A DNA stretch of 47,421 nt from Myxococcales bacterium (GTDB lineage Bacteria; Myxococcota_A; UBA9042): assembly GCA_009692425.1 (NCBI GenBank), contig SHZF01000035.1, positions 1-47,421 on the forward strand, read 5' to 3'. A program made the position numbers and the translations under genes. Every line of letters starts with the position of its first letter. Within the stretch, counting starts at the first letter, position 1. A model generated the notes under the pieces. The model was not told the DNA's origin, did not search any database, and worked only from the letters and a program-made list of their open reading frames with translations. This document shows positions 38,440 through 47,421 of the stretch, piece by piece.

Positions 38440-39514
38440 CTCATACCAAATCCCTTGAATTCGGCTCGGTGCTCGCTCGCCCGCGACGGCTGCGGATGCG
38501 TTGTTCAGGCTCGAAATCCTCCTGCTATTCTATCGCCTTCGCGCCTTGCCTCGCTCGCCGCGTTTGTCGGGAGCCCTCGATCCGATTCGGCGGGCTTTGG
38601 TATCACCCGGGGAAGCTGCCGAGACGGAGACTGAGCCTGAAACGGGGGGTGAGGCGGCTGGGACGCAAGATGTCTGGCGTATTTTCAGTGCGTTGTGATC
38701 TGGCACGGATGTTGCATGAGGATTCTGTGCCGCGCGGACCGATGCGCGGTGACTGCCAGCGGACGCGCGCTCCGGAGGTGGTCGGGTTGCTGCCAGTCGC
38801 GGGGGTCGAGAGGCTCCCGTGGCGAAGGAAGGGCGGGACCGGCGCAAGCCGGCTGGACCCGCGAAGGTGGTGATCTACCTGTTTCTTACAGGAGATCGGC
38901 GGGGAGGGCCATTTTGACGGGGCAGGAGGGCCCCGTCGGGGCCGGGAAACAGATCCAATCCAAACCCAGCAGCATCGGATTGCGGGATTGTGACGAACAC
39001 GACGATCGCGGCAAACCGTGAAGGCAGAGGAATGGCGCGCGGCACGTGGTGCGATGGCCTCGCGACCCGCTAGCACGGAGCCCCGGATCGAGCCCACTTA
39101 ACCCACCACTCGCCACCGCTCGCCATCGCCCATTTCTCCCACACTCTGCCGCCGCCGCGCGACGCCGGCACCGGGCTGCACCCGATGACGATCGGCGGTC
39201 TGTTCTACTGGGTCCTCGACAACCACACCGGTTTGATCGACGACTGGGACCGCTCCCGCCACCGGCGCTGGGGCCATTGTCGCCGCGCGCCCTGCCCCTA
39301 CGACGACCCGGCCCTGGCCAGGCCCGCCATCGACCGGCCATTCGTCTGCGACCGTCCTTGCTGTGCCGAACACAAGCGCAAGGTGCAGTGGCCGTCCTTG
39401 CTGCGCGCGGGCTGGCGCCGGTCCGGGCTGCCGGCCGCCGGGACTTCGTTGCCCGCACGCGACACGTCGTGTAAGGTTCTCGACCTGCGACGACGCACGC
39501 ACGCGGAACTCTCC
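38440..39514. other. ~1.1-kb apparently non-coding region (no convincing ORF on either strand) upstream of the Cys-rich lipoprotein gene; candidate long 5' leader or ncRNA
   Basis: All six-frame ORFs here are short, Arg/Pro-rich and overlap one another. GC is somewhat lower than the flanks. No known riboswitch signature recognised. Confidence 0.4.
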
Positions 39515-41851
39515 ATGCAACCTGGGGTACCCACACTGGCCCGCGCTCTCGGCTCGCTGCTGGCCACTGGGCTGGTCGGGTGCTTGCAGAATCCCCCCGC
39601 CAGTCAGGGTGCGCCGGTTGCGCCGCAGGCTGACGTGGATGCCACGGCAAAAGCCAAGGACACCGCGGCCCCGGCGACCCCCACCGACGCCACCGACACC
39701 GCCACCAGCGAGGGTGATGTCGGCGACGTCGCGGCCGACGCCGAATCTGACCTCGATACCGCAGCGGGCCCTGAGGATGCCTACACCGGACCGGCGTGCA
39801 CCACCTCGTCGGCCTGCAAGAACATGATTGGGCTACTTTATTGCGCCGTTCCGCTCAAGCAGTGCGTGGAGTGCCTGTTCGACTTCCAATGCGCCGCCAC
39901 CGGTCATTGCGGTCAGAACAAGTGCACCGTCTTCTCGTGCGTCCCCGGCGCCACCTGGTGCGACGGACCGTTCCTGGCTACCTGCAGCCCGGACGGCAAA
40001 TCGACGACCAGCCAGGAGTGCTTGGCCGCGACCCCGGTCTGCAACGAGGGAAAATGCAAGGCGTGCGAACCCAACGCCACGTTCTGCGCACCGCCGGCAG
40101 ACGGCGGGGCCTCGCTGGCAGTGCGGAAGTGCGATGCGACGGGGGACGCGTCCTCGCTGGTCAAGACCTGCGAGGGCGAGGCCACCTGCAAGGGCAAGCA
40201 ATGCCTGGTGTGCGTGCCGGGCACCAAGGTGTGCGTGGGCGGCGTCGCGAAATCGTGCGCGGCCGACGGTGGCGGCTTCGACGCCGGCCTCGACTGCGGG
40301 GCCAATGGCTTGACCTGCGTGGGCGGCCAATGCACCCAGGCCTGCGGCGAGGACATCAAGAACAACTCCAACGTCGGCTGCGACTACTGGGCCGTCGATC
40401 TCGACAATGCCTTCGAGGCATCCGGCGGCAAGGTCTACGACGCCCAGAATGCCCAGTTCGCGGTCATCGTGTCGAACACTTCGCAGACCCCGGCGCTGGT
40501 GACCGTGTCGCTGGGTGCCGCCGCCGCGGCCGCGACTTCCAAGACCTGGTCGGTGCCGCCCAAAGGCCTGCAGGTCATCAATCTGCCCGACCCGGCTTGG
40601 GGCGTCCCCAACCAGAGTCAAGAGGGGAGCGACGTGAACAGCCGCGTGTTCCGCATTCACGCCACCCAGCCCATCGTCGCCTACCAGTTCAACCCGCTGC
40701 AGAACGTCGGCGTCTTCAGCAACGACGCAAGCTTGTTGTTGCCGACGGGCGCACTCGGCGAGGAATACTGGGTGGCCAGCCACGCCCAGTTGGGCAACCA
40801 CCGCAGCTACTTCACGGTCGTGGCGGCGACGCCGGGCACGACCACGGTCCAGGTGATTGCGGCGGCGCCGACGCTGGCGGGCCCAGGCGTGCCGGCGCTG
40901 ACCGTGGGCGCCAAGCAGACCTTCAGCCTGCAGCAAGGACAGGTCCTGAACATCGAATCCAACAAGGATAAGGCCGACCTAACGGGTTCCTGGGTCAAGG
41001 CGAACAAGCCGGTCGCGGTGTTCGGCGGCTCGGAAGCGTCGATTTCGCCCGAGATCGGCAACTGCATCAACAACCCGCTGGGCACGCCGCCCAAGGTCTG
41101 CGCGGTCACCAGCGGCACCATTCCCTGCACCAAGGACTCCGACTGTCCGCCCAGTTGCTGCGCCGACCACCTGGAAGAACAGCTGTTTCCGGTCAAGGCC
41201 TGGGGCAAGACCTATGTCGGCGCCCGCCTGTCGCCGCGCGGCAAGGAGCAGGACGCCTGGCGCATCGTCGCGGCCGAGAACGGCACCCAAGTCAAGCTGA
41301 CGCCCGACATCGGCATCACCCTACCGACACTGAACCAAGGCGCGTTTTTCCAATTCCAGACCACCAAGGACTTCCTGCTCGAGGCCGACAAGCCGGTCAT
41401 GCTCGCGCAGTATATGGCGAGTTCGTTCTCGACCATGACATCTGCGAACGCCACCTGTACCAACAGCGCGATGTGCAAGAGCCAATACGGCTTCCTCGCC
41501 ACCTGCGAGGGCACCGGCGCCACCAAGTCGTGCGGGCCCATCGGCGACCCGTCGCTCATCCTGAACATCGCCACCAGCCAGTACCTCGACGAGTACCTCT
41601 TCCTCGTGCCCGACAAGTATGCGCTCAACTACATCACGGTCATTGCGCCGCAAGCCACGGCGGTCAAGCTCGACGGGTCGTCTTTGGGCGCCGCTGCGTT
41701 CGTGCCCGTGCCCGACACGATGTGGCAGGTCGCGCGTCTGCCGATCGGAGCCGGCACCCACACGCTCGTGGGCAGCAAGAAAGTCGCCCTGTTCGTGTAC
41801 GGGTACGACGACGACGTGAGCTACGGCTATCCGGGCGGCGCGGGGTTGTAG
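39515..41851 (+). CDS. Large secreted lipoprotein (778 aa) with N-terminal Cys-rich repeat modules and a beta-rich C-terminal domain
   Basis: Lipobox LLATGLVGCLQNP. Acidic linker. At least seven C-x(n)-C modules (CKNMIGLLYCAVPLKQCVECLFDFQCAATGHCGQNKCTVFSCVPGATWC..., KCKACEPNATFC, CKGKQCLVCVPGTKVCVGG, CGANGLTCVGGQCTQAC). Then a ~500-aa Cys-poor domain ending ...VALFVYGYDDDVSYGYPGGAGL. Start trimmed to ATG 39515. Confidence 0.55.
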   Translation: MQPGVPTLARALGSLLATGLVGCLQNPPASQGAPVAPQADVDATAKAKDTAAPATPTDATDTATSEGDVGDVAADAESDLDTAAGPEDAYTGPACTTSSACKNMIGLLYCAVPLKQCVECLFDFQCAATGHCGQNKCTVFSCVPGATWCDGPFLATCSPDGKSTTSQECLAATPVCNEGKCKACEPNATFCAPPADGGASLAVRKCDATGDASSLVKTCEGEATCKGKQCLVCVPGTKVCVGGVAKSCAADGGGFDAGLDCGANGLTCVGGQCTQACGEDIKNNSNVGCDYWAVDLDNAFEASGGKVYDAQNAQFAVIVSNTSQTPALVTVSLGAAAAAATSKTWSVPPKGLQVINLPDPAWGVPNQSQEGSDVNSRVFRIHATQPIVAYQFNPLQNVGVFSNDASLLLPTGALGEEYWVASHAQLGNHRSYFTVVAATPGTTTVQVIAAAPTLAGPGVPALTVGAKQTFSLQQGQVLNIESNKDKADLTGSWVKANKPVAVFGGSEASISPEIGNCINNPLGTPPKVCAVTSGTIPCTKDSDCPPSCCADHLEEQLFPVKAWGKTYVGARLSPRGKEQDAWRIVAAENGTQVKLTPDIGITLPTLNQGAFFQFQTTKDFLLEADKPVMLAQYMASSFSTMTSANATCTNSAMCKSQYGFLATCEGTGATKSCGPIGDPSLILNIATSQYLDEYLFLVPDKYALNYITVIAPQATAVKLDGSSLGAAAFVPVPDTMWQVARLPIGAGTHTLVGSKKVALFVYGYDDDVSYGYPGGAGL

Positions 41852-41856
41852 CGCAC

Positions 41857-41890
41857 GGCCGGCACGTTGCACTGGCCGTTGTCGTTCAGC
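41857..41890 (+). terminator. Weak candidate terminator after the Cys-rich lipoprotein gene
   Basis: cggcc-(13 nt)-ggccg hairpin followed by ttgtcgttc. Low stem quality. Confidence 0.2.
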
Positions 41891-41987
41891 CCCCAGCACA
41901 GCGCCTTGCCCGCCGCGGTGGCGGCGCAGGTGAAGTCGCCCGCGAGGTCATCGCCGCAGTCCACGACAAGGCGCATATCGAACGCCG

Positions 41988-42327
41988 CTTGCCTCACCTC
42001 GGGCTGTGGCCCGACGCCCACGACATCGTGGCGATTCGCGGACCGCCCGACGACTTCGCCGCGCCAGACAACGAACCCGGCGCGCAATGGGACGGGATCG
42101 ACGAACTGGAGTCGCTGTCGTGGGCGGCGTGAGGCCCGCCTGACCGAATCCGCCGGTGATGTTCGGGCGCAGTGGCTCGGCTGGGCGGCCGCGATCCGCT
42201 CGACAAGACGCAAACGTGTGTTGACGAGGGCTTTTGGCGGCCGCAGACTCGACCTCGGGCGGCTCACGGGCGGCTCCGGAGCCGCAGCCAGGCGGTGGGA
42301 CGGCAGGGCGATGGGGCATTGCGTGTC
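41988..42327 (+). repeat. Direct repeat copy 1 (part I 41988-42130, 158-bp unique insert, part II 42288-42327) flanking the SLOG gene
   Basis: tcacctcgggctgtggcccgacgcccacgacatcgtggcgattcgcggaccgcccgacgacttcgccgcgccagacaacgaacccggcgcgcaatgggacgggatcgacgaactggagtcgctgtcgtgggcggcg, then later aggcggtgggacggcagggcgatggggcattgcgtgtct. ~90% identical to 42825-43029. Confidence 0.8.
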
Positions 42328-42441
42328 TTGCGTTCTCTGTCGCGGAGCAGCCACGTTGCCGTCACCACACCCTGGGCCCCTGCTCGCAGTAGAAGCAGCC
42401 ATGTGCGGGACGTGTTGCTCCGGTCGCCATTGGAATGCGTC

Positions 42442-42813
42442 ATGAAGCTCGCCGTCGTCGGGTCGCGCACGTTCTGCAACCGCGCCCTCCTCTTCGAGCG
42501 CCTCGCGGCGTACTTGGAGGCGCACCCCGTCACGTCGATCGTCTCAGGTGGCGCGGCGGGCGCCGACGCGCTGGCAGAGGAGGTGGCGCGCGAGTTCGGG
42601 CTGCCGTGCACGGTGGTGCGTGCCGAGTGGGACCAATTCGGCCGGGCTGCCGGCCCGCTTCGCAACGCCCGCATTGCAGGAATGGCCGACGCCGTGCTGG
42701 CGTTCATCGACAAGCCGCTGGCCGAGTCGGCGGGCACCCGGGACACCGTGCGGCGGTTCCTCAAGGTGGGCAAGCCGGTCGAGGTCGTCGCGGCAGTCCA
42801 AGACAAGGCGTAA
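42442..42813 (+). CDS. SLOG-superfamily protein (DprA-like Rossmann fold; YspA/DUF2493-like), 123 aa
   Basis: MKLAVVGSRTFCNRALLFERLAAYLEAHPVTSIVSGGAAGADALAEEVAREFGLPCTVVRAEWDQFGRAAGPLRNARIAGMADAVLAF: (V/I)VGSR...(I/V)VSGGAxGAD...AGP.RN... is the SLOG/DprA-type signature. Typical size of DUF2493 proteins. Confidence 0.5.
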   Translation: MKLAVVGSRTFCNRALLFERLAAYLEAHPVTSIVSGGAAGADALAEEVAREFGLPCTVVRAEWDQFGRAAGPLRNARIAGMADAVLAFIDKPLAESAGTRDTVRRFLKVGKPVEVVAAVQDKA

Positions 42814-42824
42814 ATCGAGCGATT

Positions 42825-43029
42825 CTTGCGTCACCTCTGGCTGTGGCCCGACGCCGACGACATCGTGGCGATTCGCGGACCGCCCGACGCCTTCGACCCG
42901 CCAGACAACGAACCTGGCGCGCAATGGGACGGGACCGACGAGTTGGAGTCGCTGTCGTGGGCGGCTCTGGAGGGTCCGGCGCCAAAGCTAGGCGGAGGGA
43001 CGGCAGGGCGATGGGGCATTGCGTGTCTA
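42825..43029 (+). repeat. Direct repeat copy 2 flanking the SLOG gene; its 3' end overlaps the TTG start of the next ORF
   Basis: tcacctctggctgtggcccgacgccgacgacatcgtggcgattcgcggaccgcccgacgccttcgacccgccagacaacgaacctggcgcgcaatgggacgggaccgacgagttggagtcgctgtcgtgggcggc...aggcggagggacggcagggcgatggggcattgcgtgtct. Confidence 0.8.
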
Positions 43030-43657
43030 CGTTCCTTGGAGGACAGCGTGGGCGGTGACCCTGGCGCTGACCGCGGGCGCGGCGCCGGACGGCAAGTACG
43101 GCCTCGTGTTTTCGCTGTACCCGAACCAGATGTCCTCCGAGTCGCTCTGGCAGGAAGCCATGGTCGGCATCAACGTCGCCGGCGGCATGTTCAGCACGCA
43201 ATTGGGCACCAACGCCAAGAATCCGCTGACGGTGCCGCTGTTTGCCGACAACGCTGAGCTCTGGCAGGGCGTCAGCATCGATGGCGATCCAGAGTTGTCC
43301 CGGGTGCGTTTGTGGTCGGTGCCCTACGCGCTGTCCGCCGAGTACGCCAAGAAGCTGCAGTGCACCGGCTGTGTGACAGGCAAGATGCTGGCCGACAAGG
43401 CCGTCACCGCCGCCCAACTCGCCAAGGACGCGGTCATCACCGTCCACCGCCAGGACAAAGCCATCACCGCGCCCAAGATCGGCAGTTTCGCCTTCCCGAT
43501 CACCGCCGGCCCCGCGTTCCCCTGCGACGCCGCCCACCTCGGCTGGGCGTTCATCGACAAGAAGGACACGGTGCTCTACGTCTGCAACGGCAAGGATCTG
43601 CGCGCGCTTTCGGCACTGGTCCAGGTCGGCACGGTCAGCAGCCCCGGTGCCAATTGA
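43019..43657 (+). CDS. N-terminal portion of a secreted fibrinogen-like-domain protein (terminated by an in-frame TGA; possible pseudogene or readthrough)
   Basis: TTG start. Signal-peptide-like MRVYVPWRTAWAVTLALTAGAAPDG. Repetitive A(V/I)T.AQLAKDAVITVH segment. Ends ...VQVGTVSSPGAN-TGA. The downstream ORF is in the same frame. Confidence 0.4.
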   Translation: MRVYVPWRTAWAVTLALTAGAAPDGKYGLVFSLYPNQMSSESLWQEAMVGINVAGGMFSTQLGTNAKNPLTVPLFADNAELWQGVSIDGDPELSRVRLWSVPYALSAEYAKKLQCTGCVTGKMLADKAVTAAQLAKDAVITVHRQDKAITAPKIGSFAFPITAGPAFPCDAAHLGWAFIDKKDTVLYVCNGKDLRALSALVQVGTVSSPGAN

Positions 43658-43666
43658 GCGGACATC

Positions 43667-44203
43667 TTGAAGAAATCGACCGGCACCAAGAGCGGCGCGT
43701 ACTGGATCGACCCCGACGGTCCGGGCGGCATCAAGGCGTTCGAGGTCTACTGCGACATGGTCACCGACGGCGGCGGCTGGACGCTGGTGGGCCTGAACGA
43801 TGCGTCGAAGAAGCTGGCGTGGCGCATGGACGAGACATTCACTAGCCTGCACACGGTGTTCACCAGCGGCGCGACGAAACAGACCACCGTGCTGCTGGTC
43901 GGCAACTTCAAGTCGCTCGACTGGCGGCCCGGTTGCGGTACCGGCAACGGCCCAGATGGTACGGGGCCCCAGTTCTACGGCTTCAACATCCGGTCGGACG
44001 CTGACGTAACCAATCCGGGTCTTTTCAACGGATTCAAGTCGGGATGGTGCTCGGCGCTGGCAGGCTGGGGCCGCAACAACGGCAACGTCGACTACACCGC
44101 AGGCCGCATGACCTGGACCCCCAGTTTGCACCTCGCATTCAAGGCTGGGGCAATGCGTATCTACGTTCCAAAAAACGTTGTCAGACTTTTCAGCACGCGC
44201 TAA
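43667..44203 (+). CDS. Fibrinogen C-terminal-like (FReD/FBG) domain ORF, in frame with and 3 codons after the preceding ORF
   Basis: ADILKKSTGTKSGAYWIDPDGPGGIKAFEVYCDMVTDGGGWTLVGLND matches the FBG N-terminal consensus (C)xx(I/L)...G...SG.Y.I.P.......V.CDM.TDGGGWT(V/L). Its own 'start' is TTG with no RBS. The TGA at 43655-43657 occupies the position of the first conserved Cys. Confidence 0.55.
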   Translation: MKKSTGTKSGAYWIDPDGPGGIKAFEVYCDMVTDGGGWTLVGLNDASKKLAWRMDETFTSLHTVFTSGATKQTTVLLVGNFKSLDWRPGCGTGNGPDGTGPQFYGFNIRSDADVTNPGLFNGFKSGWCSALAGWGRNNGNVDYTAGRMTWTPSLHLAFKAGAMRIYVPKNVVRLFSTR

Positions 44204-44308
44204 ACTCGCGAGGCCCTGCCGACCTTCGGCATTGGGTCCTCAACGCGGAAAGGGAATCTCCACAACAGCTGAGCAAATTCGCTGCTGCAGCCGTACCGAA
44301 GTCAGCCC

Positions 44309-45400
44309 ATGTCGACCGAACATTTAACCATTTTGGTCGTCGATGACTCGCCGGACAACATCGCCATCTTGGCGGATGCGCTGGCGGATCGCTACCGCGT
44401 GCGCGCAGCGACTTCTGGCCAACACGCGTTGCGCATCTGCCGCAGCGACAATCCGCCCGCGTTGGTCTTGCTTGACATCATGATGGACGAAATGGACGGC
44501 TTTGAAGTCTGCCGTCACCTCAAAGCCGACGCGCAAACTTCAGACATTCCTGTCATTTTTGTGTCAGCTCTGTCTGACCCCGTCGACGAGGAGCGCGGCT
44601 TTGCCCTCGGCGCCGCCGACTTTATCAGCACGCCCGTCAGTGTGCCCAAGGTCCGCCATCGGGTTCAGGTTCACCTCGATTTGCGCCAGTCGCGGCGCAA
44701 GCTGTTTGAGTTGAACTCAAAGTATTTAAATTATTTGTCCCCGCAGTTGTCTAAAGCACTGCAGACGGGCATTATGAACGCGACCGTGCAAAATCGCCGC
44801 AGGCTCCTAACGGTGTTTTTTTCCGACATTGTCGGCTTTACGAGCCGTGTCGAAAAACTGGCGCCGGAAGCGTTGACCGACCTGCTCAACGGATATTTCA
44901 GCGCGATGGCCGAAATCGTGGCCAAGCACGGCGGAACGCTAGACAAGTACATTGGCGATGCCATCATGGTATTCTTCGGCGACCCCGACAGCAGAGGCGC
45001 GAGCGCCGATGCCCGCGCGTGCATCGCGATGGCCGTGGAGATGCAAGACGTCATCGAACTCATGTCCGCGGCGTGGCATGGCCACGGCATTGCTGAACCG
45101 TTCCAAGTGCGCATGGGCATTGTGACCGGTGATTGCACCGTTGGCAGCTTTGGCAGCCCGCACAAGTTGGAATATACGGCCGTTGGCAGTTCGGTGAACT
45201 TGGCGGCGCGGCTACAGGCCAACGCGTTGCCGGGCCGCATCCTGGTGTCCGCCAGCACCCATGCGGTAGTCCATGACGTGCCGCTTGGAACGGTTCAGTT
45301 CATCGCGGTCAAAGGCTTTGCTGAGCCCGTGCAAGCCTATGAAGTGTTGCGCACCGCTGGTGTCCGCCAAATTTCCAAGCCAGATTCTGGCGTCCGCTAA
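44309..45400 (+). CDS. Response-regulator receiver domain fused to a class-III adenylate/guanylate cyclase catalytic domain
   Basis: REC: [18 protein letters not shown]...[24 protein letters not shown]...IPVIFVSA (phospho-acceptor Asp in LLDIMMD). CHD: [18 protein letters not shown]...[20 protein letters not shown]...[16 protein letters not shown]...[14 protein letters not shown]. Confidence 0.85.
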   Translation: MSTEHLTILVVDDSPDNIAILADALADRYRVRAATSGQHALRICRSDNPPALVLLDIMMDEMDGFEVCRHLKADAQTSDIPVIFVSALSDPVDEERGFALGAADFISTPVSVPKVRHRVQVHLDLRQSRRKLFELNSKYLNYLSPQLSKALQTGIMNATVQNRRRLLTVFFSDIVGFTSRVEKLAPEALTDLLNGYFSAMAEIVAKHGGTLDKYIGDAIMVFFGDPDSRGASADARACIAMAVEMQDVIELMSAAWHGHGIAEPFQVRMGIVTGDCTVGSFGSPHKLEYTAVGSSVNLAARLQANALPGRILVSASTHAVVHDVPLGTVQFIAVKGFAEPVQAYEVLRTAGVRQISKPDSGVR

Positions 45401-45491
45401 ATTCACTCCATGCAATCCAACGCGCCCGGTCGAAAAGGCCAGAACTGGAGCACCGACCGAACGTAGGCAACGCCAGAAAGGAGCCGTACAC

Positions 45492-47421
45492 ATGAAAGTT
45501 ACTTATAAAACCGTCGCTTGGTCCTTGGCTGCCATCGCGCTCGTGGCGTCGATCGTGGTGCCTACACTTTGGGGGTTTGCCCGCATCGACGACGCGGCTT
45601 CATCGCGCAAGCACGTCTTCGGCATCATCACGCGCGTCGACGGGCTGTTGTCGTCGCTGAAAGACATGGAGACCGGCACGCGCGGTTTTGTGATCACACG
45701 CGACGAGCTATTTCTTGAGCCGTACAACAATGTGCGCGATCTGGTCCCAGGCGAGGTGGCTGAACTGCAAAAGTTGACGCAACTCCCCGACGCAAAAAAG
45801 CATATGGCGAACATCGAAGCGCTGGTGGCGGCCAAACTCGCTCAAATGGCGCAGGTCATTGAATTGGTGCGCAAGCACGACAACGCTACGGTGGTGTCGA
45901 AGATCAGCAGCGGCGAAGGCAAGCGCATTATGGATGACATTCGCGCTGAAATCGTGGCTTTCCGCAAGGTGGAAGTGGCGGCCCGCGAAGTATACGAGAC
46001 GACGTTTGAGTCCAGTTTGCGTAACGTGTTTGTGCTAGATGTGACGGCTTGCATGCTGACACTTGTGTTTGCGGGCGCATTTGCCATGCTGATCCGCCGC
46101 CAGACCCAGCAGAACCTGAAGGACCGTGAACATCAACAGACCCAGCAGATGCTCGCCACACAGCAACTGGCCAATGCGCAACTGGCCATGGCCAATGTCA
46201 CGTTGCAGCAGAGTGAGGAAAGGCTTGCGCTGACCTTGAAGGAGCAATATGCGGCGCAGGAAGCGTTGCGCGACCAGCAGTTCTACACGCGGTCGCTGAT
46301 TGAATCCAATATCGACGCCTTGATGACGACCGACGTCGCGGGTGTCATGACCGATGTCAACACGCAAATGCAGGCGCTGACCGGCTGCGACCGCCAGGCG
46401 CTCATCGGTCAGCCGTTCAAGATTTACTTCACGGAGCCCGAACGCGCGCAAGCGGGTATTGCCCTAGTGCTGGAGACAAAACGGCTTATCAACTACGAAT
46501 TGACGGCCATTGCCAAAGACGGCACGCAGACCGACGTGTCGTACAATGCCTCGACGTTTTATAATAACCAAGGCGAGTTGCAGGGCGTGTTTGCGGCTGC
46601 GCGCGACATCACGGAGCGCAAACGACTCGACGTGATTTTGGAGCAGAGCCGTGTGGCTTGTACAGCAGCCATGTTGAGCGCCGAGCACGCGAGTTTGGCC
46701 AAGTCGGAGTTCTTGTCGAGCATGAGCCATGAGATTCGCACGCCGATGAACGCCATTATTGGCATGTCGTACTTGGCGCTAAAAACCGAGTTGACACCGC
46801 GACAGCGCCATTACCTAAAGAAAATCAAAGATTCTAGCCAGCACCTGCTGGGCATCATCAATGATATTTTGGATTTTTCCAAAATTGAAGCCGGCAAGCT
46901 GACAATGGAACATGCTGAGTTTGAAATGGAAAACGTGATGAGCAATGTCGCCAATCTAATTGCCGACAAGACTGCGGCCAAAGGGCTGGAACTGGTGTTC
47001 AATCTGGACGAAAACGTGCCGCTCCAACTGATTGGCGACCCGCTGCGTTTGGGGCAAATTCTCATTAACTACAGCAACAACGCGGTTAAATTTACGGAAC
47101 ACGGTGAAGTCAACATTGCCGTTCGCGTGCACGAAGAAACGGACAAAGAAGTTGTGCTGTATTGCGCGGTACGTGACACGGGCATCGGCCTTTCACCCGA
47201 ACAGGCGGGGCGGCTGTTCCAGAGCTTTGCGCAGGCGGATGCTTCGATTACGCGCAAGTTTGGCGGCACGGGCCTAGGGCTCGCCATTTCCAAAAAGTTG
47301 GCGGAATTGATGGGCGGCGATGTCGGTGTGACCAGCGAATTGGGCAAAGGCAGCACGTTCTGGTTCACGGCGCGCTTTGGCAAGGGCGTGATGCAACAGC
47401 GCAAACGGGTGCTTTCGGTCG
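45492..47421 (+). CDS. Sensor histidine kinase (CHASE3-type periplasmic sensor, TM, coiled coil, PAS, HisKA, HATPase_c); 3'-truncated by the window end
   Basis: ATG with strong AAAGGAG RBS. N-terminal TM. CHASE3-like [25 protein letters not shown] ([21 protein letters not shown]...ITERKR). H-box [20 protein letters not shown] boxes ([30 protein letters not shown]). Lower GC than the rest of the window. Confidence 0.8.
   Translation, partial: MKVTYKTVAWSLAAIALVASIVVPTLWGFARIDDAASSRKHVFGIITRVDGLLSSLKDMETGTRGFVITRDELFLEPYNNVRDLVPGEVAELQKLTQLPDAKKHMANIEALVAAKLAQMAQVIELVRKHDNATVVSKISSGEGKRIMDDIRAEIVAFRKVEVAAREVYETTFESSLRNVFVLDVTACMLTLVFAGAFAMLIRRQTQQNLKDREHQQTQQMLATQQLANAQLAMANVTLQQSEERLALTLKEQYAAQEALRDQQFYTRSLIESNIDALMTTDVAGVMTDVNTQMQALTGCDRQALIGQPFKIYFTEPERAQAGIALVLETKRLINYELTAIAKDGTQTDVSYNASTFYNNQGELQGVFAAARDITERKRLDVILEQSRVACTAAMLSAEHASLAKSEFLSSMSHEIRTPMNAIIGMSYLALKTELTPRQRHYLKKIKDSSQHLLGIINDILDFSKIEAGKLTMEHAEFEMENVMSNVANLIADKTAAKGLELVFNLDENVPLQLIGDPLRLGQILINYSNNAVKFTEHGEVNIAVRVHEETDKEVVLYCAVRDTGIGLSPEQAGRLFQSFAQADASITRKFGGTGLGLAISKKLAELMGGDVGVTSELGKGSTFWFTARFGKGVMQQRKRVLSV

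Noticed and set aside
38440-39514. Riboswitch or tRNA in the 1.1-kb non-coding region
   Set aside because: Scanned for tRNA T-loop (GTTCGAATC-like) and for familiar riboswitch cores. None recognised by eye. Left as an unassigned non-coding region.
41867-42445. Plus-strand ORFs over the SLOG-flanking repeats (MGHCVS-containing peptides, 41867..42445+, 42435..43058+)
   Set aside because: Their similarity to each other is explained by the DNA direct repeat. Translations are Arg/Gly-rich and have no start/RBS context. Treated as repeat sequence, not genes.
43655-43657. Selenocysteine at the in-frame TGA of the fibrinogen-like gene
   Set aside because: Considered because TGA replaces a conserved Cys. 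However, no obvious SECIS-like hairpin is visible immediately downstream and a structural disulfide position is an unusual place for Sec. Kept only as a minor alternative inside the finding.

Overview
High-GC (~70%) bacterial chromosomal window. Most of it is housekeeping and envelope genes: aconitase acnA, putA, glutamine-dependent nadE overlapping malQ, ppx/gppA, ltaE, glgC-glgA, an IMPase, a class-III aminotransferase, a flotillin/NfeD pair and an M74-like murein endopeptidase. The lipobox-bearing secreted proteins and Cys-rich modules are reminiscent of delta-proteobacterial/myxobacterial genomes, but that is an inference and not verifiable here. Several accessory-looking elements sit between the housekeeping genes. 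There is a truncated ISAs1-type transposase at the left edge. A ~140-bp intergenic repeat family occurs in four copies. There are two short tandem duplications. A 1264-aa HEXXH lipoprotein metalloprotease lies in a run of same-strand genes, preceded by a putative outer-membrane protein and followed by NfeD/flotillin. Two standalone cNMP-binding proteins are followed by a 33-bp x3 tandem repeat. A small SLOG (DprA/DUF2493-like) gene is embedded between ~200-bp direct repeats. A fibrinogen-like-domain protein is interrupted by an in-frame TGA exactly where a conserved Cys would sit. The last ~3.2 kb is a lower-GC signalling module (REC-adenylate cyclase plus a partial CHASE3/PAS histidine kinase). 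All functional calls are from motif recognition in the translated ORFs. No database searches were possible.
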